Shown here: in pieces, positions 61,670-64,000 of the stretch | How the letters are laid out: the number at the start of each line of letters is the position of its first letter | How positions within the stretch are numbered: position 1 is the stretch's first letter | NCBI GenBank assembly: GCA_000092065.1 | Contig: CP000600.1 | DNA: 64,000 nucleotides | DNA from: Ostreococcus lucimarinus | Lineage: Eukaryota | Direction: 5' to 3' (one strand) | Notes under the pieces: generated by a model | Seen by the model: only the letters and a program-made list of their open reading frames with translations | Told to the model about the DNA's origin: nothing | Database searches by the model: none | Translations under genes and position numbers: made by a program

Positions 61670-62749
61670 TCACGCGAGCACGCGCACCTTTCCGCCGATA
61701 ATTTCTATGACTTGCGCCGAGTTACCGTAAATGCCTCTTGACGCACCCACGTCGACGCGCCAGACCGTGCCTTTGCACCCACTCGTCACCCCGGTCGTTT
61801 GCGGGGTGTGTCCAATGACGAGTCGTTTCGCATCCGCGCCTTCGAGCGCGGATGCGAGGCGTCGGCAACTCTGCGCTTCGTATTGGATGCCCGCGTCTTT
61901 TCCGCCGTAGTCCCTCGTCCACACCACGCCGTCCGATTCGAGCACTTGCTTTGGAGGCATTTTCGTCTTACCCTCCATCCACATCGCGACTTCTTTATTT
62001 ATGCGTTCAAAGCCGTACTCGACGTGCGATAAATCAATCCCGGCGTGCGCGAACACAGTACCGTCGTCGACGACGAGCACCGTCGGTTGCTTCGCCAACC
62101 ACTTGGCAATCTCTCCACCCGGCTTGAACAACTGTTGCCTCGCGCGAATGCCCGCCGTCGCTTCATCTTCGTCGCCTCGCGTCGCGCTCGCTTCCTCTCC
62201 TTTACCCTCCTTCGCGTTCTCCTTGGCTCGTTTCTTCTCCGCGTATCGCCGACACTCCTCGAACGCCCCCGGCGTGGCGTATCGAAAATCCCCCATCACG
62301 TTCATGATCTCGTGATTCCCATTCATCGTGATCAAGTCTCCACCCGCTTCCTTCGCTTGCTTCGCCAGCGATCGTAGTTTACGCAGGATGGCGATTTCAC
62401 TATCGCCTCGGTCCAGCACGTCGCCGACTTGGACGACGACGGCGTCGCCGCCGTTCCACTTCCCGTTCCCATCGATCACCTGCGCGAGCTCGAGCGATTT
62501 CACCATGGCCAAAAAGTCACCGTGCAGGTCTCCGATGGCGATCAGGCGTCGGCCGTTGAGCGCGACGCGCGTGCGCGGGCCGTCGAGTTCAGGTTTCGTC
62601 GCCGTTCGCGGGTTCGCGGCGACGGCGCGCGCGTGCGCACCGCCGACGCGCGTGATCGCGGAGATCCCGAGCGCGGAGGCGGTGAGGAACGCTCTTCGCG
62701 ACGCGGCGCGGGCGAAGTTGGGGAGCGGAGCGGGCGATGGCGCGGACAT
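61670..62749 (-). CDS. Shewanella-like (SLP) calcineurin-like metallophosphoesterase with an N-terminal twin-arginine-type signal (SRRAFLTASALG)
   Basis: ORF 61670..62749 (-). Motifs GDLHGD, GDVLDRG, GNHE. The RR-x-FL motif is followed by a hydrophobic stretch and AHA. Confidence 0.7.
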   Translation of the reverse strand: MSAPSPAPLPNFARAASRRAFLTASALGISAITRVGGAHARAVAANPRTATKPELDGPRTRVALNGRRLIAIGDLHGDFLAMVKSLELAQVIDGNGKWNGGDAVVVQVGDVLDRGDSEIAILRKLRSLAKQAKEAGGDLITMNGNHEIMNVMGDFRYATPGAFEECRRYAEKKRAKENAKEGKGEEASATRGDEDEATAGIRARQQLFKPGGEIAKWLAKQPTVLVVDDGTVFAHAGIDLSHVEYGFERINKEVAMWMEGKTKMPPKQVLESDGVVWTRDYGGKDAGIQYEAQSCRRLASALEGADAKRLVIGHTPQTTGVTSGCKGTVWRVDVGASRGIYGNSAQVIEIIGGKVRVLA

Positions 62750-62834
62750 GGCGCTACGCGAGCGAACGCCGAAGGCGCGTTGTGCGGCGACGCGCGGCGG
62801 CGAGACGGTGGCTATGAGAAAGTCGCACTACACG

Positions 62835-64000
62835 CTAAAGTCCAGCGTCGTCGTCGATTAAATCGTCTTTGACTTCTTCGTTGTCGCGTATGAAAGCGTC
62901 GAGGACGTTGAGACCGGCGAGATTGAAGCCCATCAAATCGCGCGCCTCCTTGGCGCGCGCGCGAAGGAGCGGTCTGAGCTTCACGAGGGTGCGTCTCGTC
63001 TCTGGCGTGCGTCCGAACGAGTTGGCGTGTAATCGCATGACTAGGGCGGCGATCTTGCACGTCAGTTCGACTTTTTGGCCGGCGTTGAGCCAGGTTGTGA
63101 GATGGTTGAGGATTTCGTGGGCGAAATCGAAGGGGATGCACAGGATGGCTTGCTCGAGTTCGCTCGGGCGAATCTTTGCGATGGCGTTCAGAGCGTACGT
63201 TTCCGGTGACTGCCCTAACAGTAAAGGATTTGGCTGTATCGGTGCGAGCTTTCCGCCGGATTTGGCGCTGTCCGCAGCGTGTTCGGCAAGGCGCTTGGTT
63301 TCGTGCTCAGCGAGCTCGAGCGCCTCGACGATGGCGTCGGCGGCGGTCAACGTCTCCAAAGTTTTGCGACCCGCCATGCCAGCCTCGCCTTCAGCAGGAA
63401 GATCGGTGTTTGGGCGCACTCGCTCGTCATCAATGCCTTCGTCGAGCATAGATTCCAATCGCTTTTCCTGTTCTTCGTCAACGAAGAAGGGCTCATCGGT
63501 GCGCTCCCACATGCGAATTGAGCGATCGCCGCTGCCGGTGATGACAAAGTTTCCTCGCGTGCTCACCGCCAGGCACCACACCGGGCCGTGATGCGCCTCA
63601 AGCGTGAGCAGAGGATCAAATTTGTCGGCGTCCCAATATTTCACTAATTTATCCTTACCAACCGAGAACAAGTAATGCGTCTTTGGCACAAACTTCAACG
63701 CCATAACAGAGTCTTGATGGGCAAAAATTGACCTGTGACAATCGCCAAAGTCCAATCCCCAGATACGAATGTTCTTGTCCGCGCCTGCCGACGCGAGCAA
63801 CTGCGAATCACTGGATATGTCGTGGCACAACGCCGGAAGTCTGTGGCCATACAGCGACAGGTTGAACTTCAGGCTGTCCACGAAGAAGACCTTGAGCGTG
63901 TTGTCAAGGAGCGACACCGAGAGCAGCTTCCCATCGGGACTGATTTGGCAGCTCAACACATCTTCCGCCATTTGCAACGTGCGCATGTGGTTGAAACTAA
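62835..64000 (-). CDS. UTP12: WDR3/UTP12 (U3 snoRNP, SSU processome) WD40 protein; C-terminal part only, N-terminus beyond the right window edge (5' partial)
   Basis: ORF 62835..63986 (-), open upstream. WD repeats and a Utp12-like C-terminal helical domain. Confidence 0.7.
   Translation of the reverse strand, partial: SFNHMRTLQMAEDVLSCQISPDGKLLSVSLLDNTLKVFFVDSLKFNLSLYGHRLPALCHDISSDSQLLASAGADKNIRIWGLDFGDCHRSIFAHQDSVMALKFVPKTHYLFSVGKDKLVKYWDADKFDPLLTLEAHHGPVWCLAVSTRGNFVITGSGDRSIRMWERTDEPFFVDEEQEKRLESMLDEGIDDERVRPNTDLPAEGEAGMAGRKTLETLTAADAIVEALELAEHETKRLAEHAADSAKSGGKLAPIQPNPLLLGQSPETYALNAIAKIRPSELEQAILCIPFDFAHEILNHLTTWLNAGQKVELTCKIAALVMRLHANSFGRTPETRRTLVKLRPLLRARAKEARDLMGFNLAGLNVLDAFIRDNEEVKDDLIDDDAGL

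Overview
This window is a gene-dense (~46 genes in 64 kb), very GC-rich nuclear segment that looks like a Mamiellophyceae-type green alga (Micromonas/Ostreococcus-like). I see nothing prokaryotic, no CRISPR array, no rRNA and no obvious transposon. Genes are short and tightly packed, with AT-richer islands only at convergent 3' ends and inside a few introns. Most genes are single-exon. I found at least 12 spliced genes by manual translation. Their introns share a GTGCG(T/A/C) donor and a CTGAC branch-like motif 20-40 nt upstream of a CAG acceptor. All functional assignments rest on remembered family motifs, because I have no database access here. Coordinates come from ORF-track arithmetic where possible and may be off by 1-2 nt at some splice sites. 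In the GC-rich background the six-frame track often overextends 5' ends and shows long antisense ORFs, which I rejected.

Recognisable genes include RTF1 (Plus3), an intron-containing tRNA-Arg(ACG), a lumenal-type FKBP, a CHP/calcineurin-B-like EF-hand protein, plant-type APS reductase, a DHX16/Prp2 DEAH helicase, MTFP1, an importin-beta family receptor, an MTH1-like Nudix, mito ribosomal bL33, a NIPA-like transporter, a GRIP golgin, SAICAR synthetase, two tandem MsrA paralogues, Yos1/IER3IP1, GDP-mannose 4,6-dehydratase, a PILS/auxin-efflux-carrier-like protein, a UBE2J2-like E2, an alpha/beta hydrolase, a HAD hydrolase, IMP3, eL41, a Sec14/CRAL-TRIO protein, RsmI, a UbcH5-type E2, a thylakoid-lumen pentapeptide protein, SPF30, Era, ALY/REF, prohibitin, METTL18, a Shewanella-like phosphatase and WDR3/UTP12.

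The most notable items are:
- a giant LCYB-LCYE-LHC tri-domain carotenoid cyclase fusion gene;
- a nuclear, GC-rich CcsA (normally plastid-encoded) that appears to lack the N-terminal helix;
- an Alfin-type PAL domain gene whose last exon encodes a Tudor-like domain instead of a PHD finger;
- a 25-codon eL41 gene split by an intron after codon 4, invisible to the ORF track;
- tandem MsrA copies, one with two introns and one intronless;
- a tRNA-Arg with an ~88-nt intron;
- an atypical 944-nt AT-richer intron in ALY/REF.
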